Below are positions 39,504 through 48,494 of a stretch of 64,000 nt of DNA, in pieces (within the stretch, counting starts at the first letter, position 1; each line of letters opens with the position of its first letter). Source of the stretch: an uncultured bacterium (GTDB lineage: Bacteria; Patescibacteriota; Minisyncoccia; UBA6257; 2-01-FULL-56-20); assembly GCA_963696395.1 (NCBI GenBank), contig CAVOJZ010000002.1:720619-784618 (forward strand), given 5' to 3'. Below the pieces are notes generated by a model. That model searched no databases. It was not told the DNA's origin and saw only the letters and a program-made list of their open reading frames with translations. A program made the position numbers and the translations under genes.

Positions 39504-39517
39504 CGCAGGGAAGAAGC

Positions 39518-40018
39518 TTAGAGTCCAAGCTTGGCTTTCAGGATTGAAATCAACTGCTTCATCACCTGAACTTCCGTAGCCATCAAATTAATGCGGTTCT
39601 GATCAATGGGACCGGCAACCGAAGTATTTACGATGCTCGCTCCAAGGACGGAGCCCGGAACGGTGATCGCGTATGTTTGTGTATCACCTCCGCTCACTGC
39701 GACTTTCACGGCATACGATTTTCCGCCGATCATATTGAAAGTTGAATAGGGGAGGTAGGTGTACGAGCAAGTTCCCGGAGCGATAGTCGAGCCTGATTGG
39801 CTCGGAACCGAAACGCCGTTCGCCGTAACCACTACGGAAGCCGCCGTTGTCTGCGCTGCAGTTCCGTTATTGCAAACGGAGAAGCCGAAGCTCGACGCAT
39901 CATTCGCCCGCTGACCGAGGGATCCATTCACAATTACTGCGCCTGCGGCGAATGCAATCGCCGAAACGCTTACGACCGTTATGACCGCAAAACTGAAACC
40001 GACGATTAATTTGTTCAT
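39518..40018 (-). CDS. Small secreted Ig/CARDB-like protein with C-terminal helix
   Basis: Signal peptide MNKLIV...AFA; VCNNG; VLGAS; amphipathic C-terminal helix. Confidence 0.65.
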   Translation of the reverse strand: MNKLIVGFSFAVITVVSVSAIAFAAGAVIVNGSLGQRANDASSFGFSVCNNGTAAQTTAASVVVTANGVSVPSQSGSTIAPGTCSYTYLPYSTFNMIGGKSYAVKVAVSGGDTQTYAITVPGSVLGASIVNTSVAGPIDQNRINLMATEVQVMKQLISILKAKLGL

Positions 40019-40090
40019 GATAACAGTATAACACAGAGACAATAATAACGCAAGTCGGTGGAACTGCCTCGTTTGGGCTATAATTGAAGC

Positions 40091-40510
40091 ATGCCTCGGA
40101 TTGACCGCGCCATGAAAGCAATTCTTGGGATAATAGCCTTTTTGTCCATTGTCATCGTGGTGCTTGTTTTCTTTTTTGTCCGGCAATCGATTATCCTCCG
40201 CCGTGAGCAGGTATTGAGCGCGCGCGAATTGTGGATTTCAAATCTTTTAAAACAGCACGGTTCGCCGACGCAAAGCGACGTAGTATTCATTCGACCCTGG
40301 ATGACATTCGATTATGTAAACCAGCTCTTTAAGCTTCCCCCTGGTTATTTGGAAGCTCACCTTTCAATCACCGATTCCGGGTACCCCCACGTGACCTTAT
40401 CAAGTTATGCCCAGCACAATAATCTGAATACGAACGCATTCCTTTCGAGCGTCGACGACGCGATCGTCCAATATCTCACGCCTGCGGCAAGTTCGACGAC
40501 ACGGGGATAA
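40091..40510 (+). CDS. Single-TM hypothetical protein (IRPWMTFDY motif)
   Basis: TM followed by a conserved-looking WMT motif; TATAAT at 40079-40084. Confidence 0.7.
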   Translation: MPRIDRAMKAILGIIAFLSIVIVVLVFFFVRQSIILRREQVLSARELWISNLLKQHGSPTQSDVVFIRPWMTFDYVNQLFKLPPGYLEAHLSITDSGYPHVTLSSYAQHNNLNTNAFLSSVDDAIVQYLTPAASSTTRG

Positions 40511-40518
40511 CGAATTCG

Positions 40519-41118
40519 ATGACCGAGATTCTAGCACCTCTGCTTTCGTACGTTTTACTCTATAAGTATGTCGCGGTCGGTTTGATTGTTTATACGAGTG
40601 CGGTGATATTGCCCCTCCCGACAAATGCCATGTTGCTCGCGGTCGGCGCATTCGCAAGTCAGGGATATTTTAACTATTGGATTTTGGTGCCGCTCGCCAT
40701 CATTGCGAATACGCTCGGCGACCTCACCGACTACGGGCTCGCGCGTTATTACGGCGACGCCGCAATCAGGCTCTTGCACCTGCATAAAATAAAATTTTAC
40801 AACGAATTAAAAGAAGAGCTCCGAACGGACGCCGCGGTAACCGTTTTTATTACGCGGTTTGCAGGCTCATTAAGCCCCGTCGCGGCGTTGCTGGCGGGCC
40901 TTGTCGAGGTTCCGTTCGGAACGTTCTTTTTTTATGATCTTTTGGGCAATATTATTGAACCTGGAGCCGCCCTAACCATTGGGTTTGCCGTGGGAAATTA
41001 TTGGAGCGATTTTTCAAGCTCATTCGATTTGTTCGCCGGGATAGCCGCCGCCGGAATCGTGCTCTTTGTTTTGATGCGCATCTACCGTAGGATGATGAAG
41101 CATCGCAATCTGGAATAA
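40519..41118 (+). CDS. dedA: DedA/VTT family membrane protein
   Basis: PLP...LL..G, LGD...Y.L.R..G, VFITRF, AGL..VPF..F. Confidence 0.88.
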   Translation: MTEILAPLLSYVLLYKYVAVGLIVYTSAVILPLPTNAMLLAVGAFASQGYFNYWILVPLAIIANTLGDLTDYGLARYYGDAAIRLLHLHKIKFYNELKEELRTDAAVTVFITRFAGSLSPVAALLAGLVEVPFGTFFFYDLLGNIIEPGAALTIGFAVGNYWSDFSSSFDLFAGIAAAGIVLFVLMRIYRRMMKHRNLE

Positions 41119-41122
41119 AAAC

Positions 41123-41908
41123 ATGGACACTTCATGGGAAAAATCGGCCGGTTGGTATGATGCCTTGCTCGCGGGCGAGGGGACATACCAAAAGGAATTG
41201 ATATTGCCAAATATTTTGCGGCTGATGGATATCCGCGACGGGGAAACCGTGCTCGATCTTGCTTGCGGGCAGGGCTTTTTCGCCCGTGAATTTGCAAAGA
41301 AAGGGGCTATGGTAGTTGGCGTGGACGCCTCCCGCTCGCTTATTGAAATTGCCCGAAAGGCGATTCCCGCGACCGTTGATCCGGAAAAATTTTCATTCCA
41401 CGTTGCAAAAGCCGAATCCCTGCCGTTTTTAAAGAATAAAAGCGTTCAGAAGGTCGCAATCATCCTTGCTCTCCAGAACATCGAGAATGCTGCCGACGTA
41501 CTCCGCGAATGTTCGCGAATTCTTACGCCCGATGGATCGCTTCATGTCGTCGTGAACCATCCGGCTTTCCGAGTTCCGCAGGAAAGCGGTTGGGGGTGGG
41601 ATGAAAAAAAGAAAGTGCAGTTCCGGAGGATTGACCGCTATCTTTCGGAATCAAAAGTAAAAATTCAAATGCATCCTGGTGACAAACCCGGGGATTTTAC
41701 ATGGTCATTTCATCGCCCCATGCAATTTTATATAAAGGCGCTCCACAAAGCGGGATTCGCAGTCTCCGCGCTCGAAGAATGGAATTCGCATAAGAAAAGC
41801 GAGGCGGGGCCGCGCGCGAAAGCCGAGGACCTGGCGCGTAAAGAAATCCCGCTCTTTCTCTATGTGGAAGCGCGTCATTTGGAAAGACTAAGGAACGGAT
41901 CCAAATAA
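41123..41908 (+). CDS. Class I SAM-dependent methyltransferase
   Basis: VLDLACGQG, GVDAS, NHPAF, FHRP. Confidence 0.9.
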   Translation: MDTSWEKSAGWYDALLAGEGTYQKELILPNILRLMDIRDGETVLDLACGQGFFAREFAKKGAMVVGVDASRSLIEIARKAIPATVDPEKFSFHVAKAESLPFLKNKSVQKVAIILALQNIENAADVLRECSRILTPDGSLHVVVNHPAFRVPQESGWGWDEKKKVQFRRIDRYLSESKVKIQMHPGDKPGDFTWSFHRPMQFYIKALHKAGFAVSALEEWNSHKKSEAGPRAKAEDLARKEIPLFLYVEARHLERLRNGSK

Positions 41909-43440
41909 TCTATGGCGATTCCGCCGAAAGAACCGTCTGAATTGAACGCTCCCGCGATCGCAGCGGCTTGAGTGGCGAGTTCTGTTCGGGAGGTGCCGTT
42001 AAAGGTCACGTAGCTCGGTGATACCGGCCCCGTTTCCTGCGCGACGAGAACTTTTACGTTAGTTGCGTCGGCTTCCGTCACTTCGGTTTGAGCGAGCGAA
42101 ATCGAACCACCATCGCCGCCTGCAAAGTTTCGATACGCCATCACAATCATGCGATTGCCCGCTGATTTATTTAGAAGGGCAAAGATTAGATTATCCACAT
42201 AATTGGTGGAACCATTAACCGTGATTTCCGGCGTCCACTTCACCCCATCGTCAAAAAAGTGGGGGACGACAATGGTGAGCGGGAGGCGGCTATTCGCAGT
42301 TTGCGTAGCTAAAGTTGCAATTAGCTGGACGTAGTTTGTGAGGACGATTGGTGTGTTCGTGTTATAACCGGGGAGCAGATATGGCTCGATATCGAATTGA
42401 ACGCCGCGAAATTTTTGTGTGTGCGACTGATTGTAAGAAGCTACGAAGGACACGATTTCCGGCGCTTCATACGTATCGCCGGGTTGACCCCAGACTCGTG
42501 CGCCGGCTTCGGCGTCAACCGCAATATTTTTTTGTGCAGCGAGGCCGATAAAAGTTGCAACGTTTTGTTCGTAGGCGTTGATCGCTTGTTCTCCCTGGGT
42601 CTCAATCGAAAGATATTCATCGACGGTGATATAGATGGCGTTGAAATTATTTTCAGCCGCTTCGTTCACGATCTGCTGCATCGCCGCAGGCGACATCCCG
42701 CTTATCGGCGTCCAGACCCAGACGCCGAGTTCTTTGCCAGGCGGAACTGAGAGCACGGTCGTTGCCGTTTGGGTTTGCGGTGTGGCTTCGGCAGCCTGCG
42801 GGAGCGTTTGTCCCGTCGAAGCATTACTGCATGCGTCGGATCCGTTGCCGGCGGAAAGACAGGCTTCTATGGTTGCATCGCCAGGCGCGAGCGGCGCTGT
42901 GCGCTCGGTTGCGAGCGAAATATCTAATTCCCGCCCGGGGGCAAGGCTGCCAAGATTCCAATAATAGCCATCGGCCGTCGCTTGTGGCGCCGAAGAAACA
43001 AATGCTTCGTTTGTTGCATAGTAAACCGAAATGCTTGCTGACTGGCATATGGTGTCGCCCAGGTTTTTAGCGGAAAGCGTATAGTGCATGGCGCTCGCGG
43101 TCTGAAGATTGCCACCGGTTTGATTAAAAGCGAGCGCCAAAACACAGCCGCTCGTTGCTTCCGGTGTCGGTGAGGGTTTTGCCTGGGGGACGAGGGAAAG
43201 ATTGGTGTCAACCTGCTTTTGGGTTTGAGGTTTAATCGTCGAAAGAGGAGCCGTTCCCGACGGCACGGTCATTGCTGTTGCTATTGTTGTCGAAGTCGGT
43301 TCCGTTGACGTGGCAGCCGGCTGTTGCGCCGAAGCATCGGGAGAGATCGTTTCGTTTCGTTTGTATGACGCAATCATAATAGTGGCGATGGCGCACATAC
43401 CGGCAGCAGCCGCAAGGATGAGTCTGGTTTTTTTGTTCAT
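41875..43440 (-). CDS. Exported TIM-barrel glycoside-hydrolase-like protein (paralog A) with a DUF11-like Ig domain
   Basis: TM, P/T linker, Ig-like domain, then GVWVW, FNAIY, VDAEAG, FRGVQFDIEPY, VMAYRN, QETG, FGGIAIDYL; ATGA-coupled to the GT2 gene. Confidence 0.7.
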   Translation of the reverse strand: MNKKTRLILAAAAGMCAIATIMIASYKRNETISPDASAQQPAATSTEPTSTTIATAMTVPSGTAPLSTIKPQTQKQVDTNLSLVPQAKPSPTPEATSGCVLALAFNQTGGNLQTASAMHYTLSAKNLGDTICQSASISVYYATNEAFVSSAPQATADGYYWNLGSLAPGRELDISLATERTAPLAPGDATIEACLSAGNGSDACSNASTGQTLPQAAEATPQTQTATTVLSVPPGKELGVWVWTPISGMSPAAMQQIVNEAAENNFNAIYITVDEYLSIETQGEQAINAYEQNVATFIGLAAQKNIAVDAEAGARVWGQPGDTYEAPEIVSFVASYNQSHTQKFRGVQFDIEPYLLPGYNTNTPIVLTNYVQLIATLATQTANSRLPLTIVVPHFFDDGVKWTPEITVNGSTNYVDNLIFALLNKSAGNRMIVMAYRNFAGGDGGSISLAQTEVTEADATNVKVLVAQETGPVSPSYVTFNGTSRTELATQAAAIAGAFNSDGSFGGIAIDYLDPFLSLSK

Positions 43441-44786
43441 GCGTCATTTACGCCTTTCCGTTGCCAGCGTTGCCACGTGACTTCACGGCGCGTCATAACT
43501 GTCCAGAGCGACTTTAGAAGGGCGTTATGTTCGACATAGGTTGATAGATAGAAAAGGAGCCAGCCGATGGGCGCCATGATAATGAATGACAGCTTTCGAG
43601 CTTCTTCCTTTTCATTGAATATTTGTATTGCAAACATGGATCCGACAACAATAATGCCCGATATAAAAACCGAAAAATTATTTGTCCAAAACGAATAAGC
43701 ATACAGAAATATGATAAAAAATATCTCTACGGACAGTTGCATATCGCCAAACAGCGCGAGCGGTAAAATAATCCAACTAACCAGTTTGTTGATGGGTCCT
43801 TCGGTTTCGAAAAATAGGGAGCGATATTTCCAGAAAGTCTGGACGCGTCCCTGCCTCCATCTCAGGCGTTGTTTCATGAGCCCGCGGACGTCGCTTGCGC
43901 CTTCAGTGTAGACAATGGAATCCGCAGCGTAGACAATTTTCATTCCGGCAAGCTGTATGCGCATGGTCAGCTCGATGTCTTCGGTGATAACCTCCGTTGT
44001 GTAGCCGCCGAGCTGCTCAAAAACTTCACGCCGGAACGCTCCGGCTGCACCGCCGATAATATAAACAGTATTCAGGACGGAGTCGGCTTTTTTGCAATAG
44101 AATGAAAAAAGATACTCCAGATATTGAACGGTGCCGACAAGGGTCCGGGTATTGCCAATCTTTACATTGCCCACCGCTGCCATGATCTTCGGGTCGGCAA
44201 ACCAGGCGACAAAATTTTCAACGGCATTCGGCATCACACTGCAGTCGGCGTCAATCGACATGATGATGTCGCCCGTTGAAAGCTCGATGCCGGCGTTCAA
44301 AGCGCGGGCTTTGCCGCCATTCTCTTTATAGTGGTATACGATGGATTTTCCGGGATGGAGATATTGCTCGGTTTCGTAGTCTTTTAAAAATCGGCGGATA
44401 AGAGCATCGGATTCGTCCGTTGAACCGTCGTTTACAATCACAAGCTCGATGAATTCATAAGTATTCAAAAGCACCGATTGTATCGTTCCGATAATACCCA
44501 CCTCTTCATTCCAGCATGGGATAATTACCGAAACCCGCGGACGGTATGTTGCTATGACGGAGCGAAATTTTGCATCATGCCTTGCTTTGATGATGTCGTA
44601 AATCGGCGAGAGGACCATGTAGGCAAAATACTTCGTGAGGAGAACTGATGCGAATATAACGATAATAGTTCGAAGCAGCGGGAACGTCGGGCGAATGATC
44701 GGGTGGAGAAAAAAAGTCGAAACAATCATGCCGATCGTTATCGCATAGAGACCGATATAGACCGCGATTTTAATTCCGTTTCGCAT
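43437..44786 (-). CDS. Processive GT2 glycosyltransferase (PgaC/IcaA/hyaluronan-synthase-like)
   Basis: NDGSTD, GGKARALN, DAD, TED, QRLRW (D,D,D,QxxRW); N- and C-terminal TMs. Confidence 0.9.
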   Translation of the reverse strand: MRNGIKIAVYIGLYAITIGMIVSTFFLHPIIRPTFPLLRTIIVIFASVLLTKYFAYMVLSPIYDIIKARHDAKFRSVIATYRPRVSVIIPCWNEEVGIIGTIQSVLLNTYEFIELVIVNDGSTDESDALIRRFLKDYETEQYLHPGKSIVYHYKENGGKARALNAGIELSTGDIIMSIDADCSVMPNAVENFVAWFADPKIMAAVGNVKIGNTRTLVGTVQYLEYLFSFYCKKADSVLNTVYIIGGAAGAFRREVFEQLGGYTTEVITEDIELTMRIQLAGMKIVYAADSIVYTEGASDVRGLMKQRLRWRQGRVQTFWKYRSLFFETEGPINKLVSWIILPLALFGDMQLSVEIFFIIFLYAYSFWTNNFSVFISGIIVVGSMFAIQIFNEKEEARKLSFIIMAPIGWLLFYLSTYVEHNALLKSLWTVMTRREVTWQRWQRKGVNDA

Positions 44787-45083
44787 TTAGTGATGGATGC
44801 ACCACACCACATATTTTCCTGCGACGTTTGTCGCAAGAATCAGCATAAGAAAGAAAACGACCGCCTTATAGGAAGCATTTGAGAACATGGCGGCGAAATA
44901 CCAGATCGCTACTGCGGTTCCAATGCAAAAAAGGACGAATGCGATCGTAAAAATAACGTGGAGTGCCACGAGAAGAGCATTCGAAGCGTGGGAACGGGGG
45001 ATCGGCTGTCCTTCTTGCGAAAGCTCACGCGGAGAAGCCGGAATATATACGACACGCGTTTGATTGAGGGAGTCTGTCTTCAT
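44787..45083 (-). CDS. Small two-TM protein directly upstream of GT2
   Basis: 98 aa with two hydrophobic helices; its stop abuts the GT2 start. Confidence 0.65.
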   Translation of the reverse strand: MKTDSLNQTRVVYIPASPRELSQEGQPIPRSHASNALLVALHVIFTIAFVLFCIGTAVAIWYFAAMFSNASYKAVVFFLMLILATNVAGKYVVWCIHH

Positions 45084-45150
45084 GTCGGTGCATTACGCAA
45101 TAGTACATACGGTTTATGCACCACAATTTGTTACCTTGTTTGAATGAAAC

Positions 45151-45178
45151 AAAAACCCCCGCAGATGCGGGGGTTTTT
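45151..45178. terminator. Intrinsic terminator
   Basis: aaaaacccccgca-ga-tgcgggggttttt, perfect 13-bp inverted repeat. Confidence 0.88.
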
Positions 45179-45189
45179 ACCTTCTGAAG

Positions 45190-45267
45190 TTAAAAATGTT
45201 GTGCGATTCTGTAGAGCGCGATTGCACCGGTGACGCATCCGACGAAAAATACAATAAGGTAAGCCAT
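45190..45267 (-). CDS. Putative 25-aa single-TM small protein
   Basis: MAYLIVFFVGCVTGAIALYRIAQHF; TATAAT about 9 nt upstream, terminator downstream. Confidence 0.5.
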   Translation of the reverse strand: MAYLIVFFVGCVTGAIALYRIAQHF

Positions 45268-45307
45268 GAAGTTACCATTATATCGCACTCCGTTTATTTT
45301 CCAAGGC

Positions 45308-45736
45308 TTATCCTGTGCGTTCGCTCGTGCTTCCGCCGCGCCAGGTTTTTCCTTTCCAGATATCGTAGATATGAGTTGCGGAGACTTTGAAGCGTACGGC
45401 AAGCTCCCGCGCGGTCAAATTCGGATTTTCCCGCTTTAGTTTGCGTATGGTAGCGACTTCTTCCGGGGTGAGCCGGGACGCCATGCGGCGGAAGCGCCTG
45501 CGCTCTTCGGTCGGCGCCGCGGAGGGGTCGTTATGTTCAGATCGCCACGAAAGGCCGTTGAGGATGTTTCTCATATGGCTGATCGAGACGCCAAACCGCT
45601 CCGCGAGTTCATGAGGGGAGATATCCGGGTCATCAGCCTTCATTTTGCGGATTGCAGCAACCTCGTATTCGTTGAGGCGGGAGGGCAATCGGTGATATTG
45701 CCTCCGATCTTTTTCCTTTATCGGCTGGGTGTCCAT
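45308..45736 (-). CDS. Tandem-repeat HTH DNA-binding protein
   Basis: Two repeats of RR...R..SRL...EVA.IRK.K...P......LA.RF.VS..H...I..G..W. Confidence 0.78.
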   Translation of the reverse strand: MDTQPIKEKDRRQYHRLPSRLNEYEVAAIRKMKADDPDISPHELAERFGVSISHMRNILNGLSWRSEHNDPSAAPTEERRRFRRMASRLTPEEVATIRKLKRENPNLTARELAVRFKVSATHIYDIWKGKTWRGGSTSERTG

Positions 45737-45837
45737 GGTATTAATAATAATACAGCTTGGGATAGATGTTTGTTACATGTCTGAATATGGTTTCCGAGGC
45801 TTGGAAAAGCTACGTATTTGGGATACTATCAAGATTC

Positions 45838-47358
45838 ATGGAAGACCAGGAACTAATCAGATATAAAAAATACCTCAAAGAGCGACTTGCGTCGTTTAAC
45901 GGAATTTTTACAAAAGCATCCACCGGTGATTATTCCGAAGACGTTGTCATGCCGCCGGCAAACGATGAATTCGTGGAGCTTTCTGCCGGCATACAAGTGA
46001 TGATCGAAGCGATCCGCGGAAGAATCAGTGCACTCGAGTCGGAGGTCGCGGAACGCAAATATCAGGCTTCGCACGATTCACTCACCGGTTTGCCGAACCG
46101 ACATTCATTTGAGGAGCGGGCAATAAAATTAGCCGCGGAAGCGCATCGCGACGACAAGAAGATGGCGTTTTTATATTTCGACATAGACCGGTTCAAGCAG
46201 GTGAACGATGTATTCGGACATCTCGTCGGAGACGTTCTTCTCCAGGAATTTGCGCGGCGGATCACTTCATGTATGCGCGAAGATGATATTATCGGACGCC
46301 TTGGCGGCGACGAATTTGTCGTGATCCTCAAGGACATCAAAGCCCGTTACGAAGTTGTGCGGATCATGAAGAAAGTTATCAAGGCGTTGGAGTCGCCCAT
46401 ACCATTCGAGTCGCGAACCATATTCCTTTCAACGAGTATCGGCATCGCCATGTTTCCGCGCGACGGAAGAGATGTGCGGTCGCTCATTGCCAATTCCGAT
46501 GTCGCTTTGCTTAATGCAAAACAGTCGGGCAGAAACCACTATCGGTTTTATCAGGCCGCCATGAATAAGGAGGCGTCGTCACGGTTGAATGTTGTCCAAG
46601 AATTGCGGCAGGCGTTGCTTGCGCGGCAGATTGAGGTTTATTATCAACCCGTCGTTGACTCAAGCACTCGGAAGGTGATAAGCGTGGAGGCGCTGCTTCG
46701 ATGGCATCACCCGGAGCGAGGCCTCGTGTCCGCCTCCGAATTTATTTCTATTGCCGAAGATCATGGAATCATGAAGATGCTGGGAGAGGAAACGCTGAGG
46801 ACTGTTTTTGCCCAGCAGGGGAGGTGGCTGCATCAGGGCCTTCCTCAAATGAGGATTGCGGTGAATCTTTCCCCGCGGGAATTTACCGACAGTCGTTTCA
46901 TCGACAAAGTCAAAAAACTGCTTTCGGAAAATAACCTCCCGCCCTCCTTTCTCGAATTTGAAATTGTGGAAACCCTGGCCATGGAAAACATTGAACTTGC
47001 AAAAGACCGCTTCAAGATGCTCCACAAGCTTGGGGTGCATATTGCCATAGACGATTTTGGCGTCGGCTACTCTTCGCTCGGCTATCTGAAAGATTTGCCG
47101 ATCGATACGTTAAAAATCGACCAGTCGTTTATCAAGCACGGCATTAAAAATCCACACAACCAGGCAATCGTGCGATCGATCATTTCTCTTGGGCACAACT
47201 TGAACGTAAAAGTCATTGCGGAGGGCGTTGAAACGGAAGAGCAATTGCAGTTTTTGCGGGAGCTCGGGTGCGACGGGGTGCAGGGGTACTACATTGCCCG
47301 ACCGATGCAATCAGAAAAATTAGCAAATTGGGCGTCCGCCTTCGAACCGATTATTTAG
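45838..47358 (+). CDS. Cytoplasmic HAMP-like + GGDEF + EAL diguanylate cyclase/phosphodiesterase
   Basis: HDSLTGLPNR, REDD (RxxD I-site), GGDEF, EAL, DDFGVGYSSL, KIDQSF, AEGVET, QGY. Start at MEDQE with TACTAT 8 nt upstream. Confidence 0.95.
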   Translation: MEDQELIRYKKYLKERLASFNGIFTKASTGDYSEDVVMPPANDEFVELSAGIQVMIEAIRGRISALESEVAERKYQASHDSLTGLPNRHSFEERAIKLAAEAHRDDKKMAFLYFDIDRFKQVNDVFGHLVGDVLLQEFARRITSCMREDDIIGRLGGDEFVVILKDIKARYEVVRIMKKVIKALESPIPFESRTIFLSTSIGIAMFPRDGRDVRSLIANSDVALLNAKQSGRNHYRFYQAAMNKEASSRLNVVQELRQALLARQIEVYYQPVVDSSTRKVISVEALLRWHHPERGLVSASEFISIAEDHGIMKMLGEETLRTVFAQQGRWLHQGLPQMRIAVNLSPREFTDSRFIDKVKKLLSENNLPPSFLEFEIVETLAMENIELAKDRFKMLHKLGVHIAIDDFGVGYSSLGYLKDLPIDTLKIDQSFIKHGIKNPHNQAIVRSIISLGHNLNVKVIAEGVETEEQLQFLRELGCDGVQGYYIARPMQSEKLANWASAFEPII

Positions 47359-47376
47359 GTTTGTTATCATTAGGGT

Positions 47377-47934
47377 ATGCATCCACGTGGATTTACGCTC
47401 ATCGAAATGATGATTGTTCTTGCGATCATTGTCATAATTGGCACGACCGTAACGCTCAATCTGTTCGGCAATCGATCGCATGCCGATCTCACAAACACCG
47501 CAAAGGAAATTGCGACAACCCTAAGACAGGCTCAAAGCGATTCATTGTCAAGCGAACAGGGTGGCGCTTGGGGCGTGCATTTTGATAATACAAGCTCAAC
47601 CCAGCCATATTATTCTTTAGTTTATACGTCGTCGACCAACATTGGTGGCGGCCTTACTGGCGGGAGTAGTGGTAGTGGATTCGTGATTACTACCGTGGGT
47701 CAATATAACCTGCCTGCCGATGTTTGTTATGCGTCATCGAGCATTGCGATAGGATCATCCACGAATATTTTTTTTAGCGAGGTTTCGGGTGCGCCGTCGG
47801 CAACGGCAACTATCGTTTTGGATCTGGTATTTGGCGGCGGTTGCCCATCGGTCACCGGAGGATCTTCCTCGACCATAACCAGGAGCGAAAGCGGGGAGTT
47901 ATTTTTTGATGACTTTAATCGGACAGTTTTATGA
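47377..47934 (+). CDS. Type IV pilin/pseudopilin (GspH/FimT-like)
   Basis: Class III signal RG-FTLIEMMIVL, L..AQS.S, WGVHF. Confidence 0.9.
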   Translation: MHPRGFTLIEMMIVLAIIVIIGTTVTLNLFGNRSHADLTNTAKEIATTLRQAQSDSLSSEQGGAWGVHFDNTSSTQPYYSLVYTSSTNIGGGLTGGSSGSGFVITTVGQYNLPADVCYASSSIAIGSSTNIFFSEVSGAPSATATIVLDLVFGGGCPSVTGGSSSTITRSESGELFFDDFNRTVL

Positions 47935-47941
47935 TGCCACC

Positions 47942-48493
47942 ATGGGAAACGCAAAACAAATAATCATATCAGTTCTCGTGGTGATTCTGGTTGCTGTCGT
48001 TGGGACGATGGTGTTTATATTTTCGAGGAAAGGGGGTGGCGCCGTTACGACCGTTGTTTCTGCGCCATCTTCATCTCCAGCTGGCATCTCCGAAGTCACG
48101 CTCAATAAAAGCGATTATGAGATCGCTTTAGCCGCCGCCGCCGCGTGGCAATCAGATGCGGCGCTTTCAAAGATGACATTGGTTGATGAGCCGAGCGACG
48201 CCTGGGATTTCATTTTCGTTTCGCCAAAGAAAAAGAACGCTGGGTTTGAGATTGAAGTATCCGAGCAAACGGTCGTGAGCTCAACGCCCATTACGCTTGC
48301 CGGTGGCGGAAACGCCCTGCCGGCAGATCTTATCTCTCCCGACCAGGCGATTGAGCAGGCACGCGCGGTTCCCGGGTATGGCAAGGCCGTGATCACTTCC
48401 GTTGAATTATCGTACAACGCTGCGGCGAAGCAATGGTACTGGGGAGTGCGAACGAGCGCCGGTGTCACGCTTACTATTAATGCCACGCAATAA
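47942..48493 (+). CDS. Membrane-anchored protein with two PepSY-like lobes
   Basis: N-terminal TM; A..W..DA.L...W.F.F and ISPDQAI..A...W.W...INA. Confidence 0.6.
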   Translation: MGNAKQIIISVLVVILVAVVGTMVFIFSRKGGGAVTTVVSAPSSSPAGISEVTLNKSDYEIALAAAAAWQSDAALSKMTLVDEPSDAWDFIFVSPKKKNAGFEIEVSEQTVVSSTPITLAGGGNALPADLISPDQAIEQARAVPGYGKAVITSVELSYNAAAKQWYWGVRTSAGVTLTINATQ

Positions 48494-48494
48494 G

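Noticed and set aside
42191-42199. TTATCCACA inside the GH-like gene
   Set aside because: Within coding sequence (VDN codons); compatible with chance.
45308-45736. Homing endonuclease remnant
   Set aside because: Only the HTH-type module is present (twice), with no HNH nuclease motif, and the ORF is intact.
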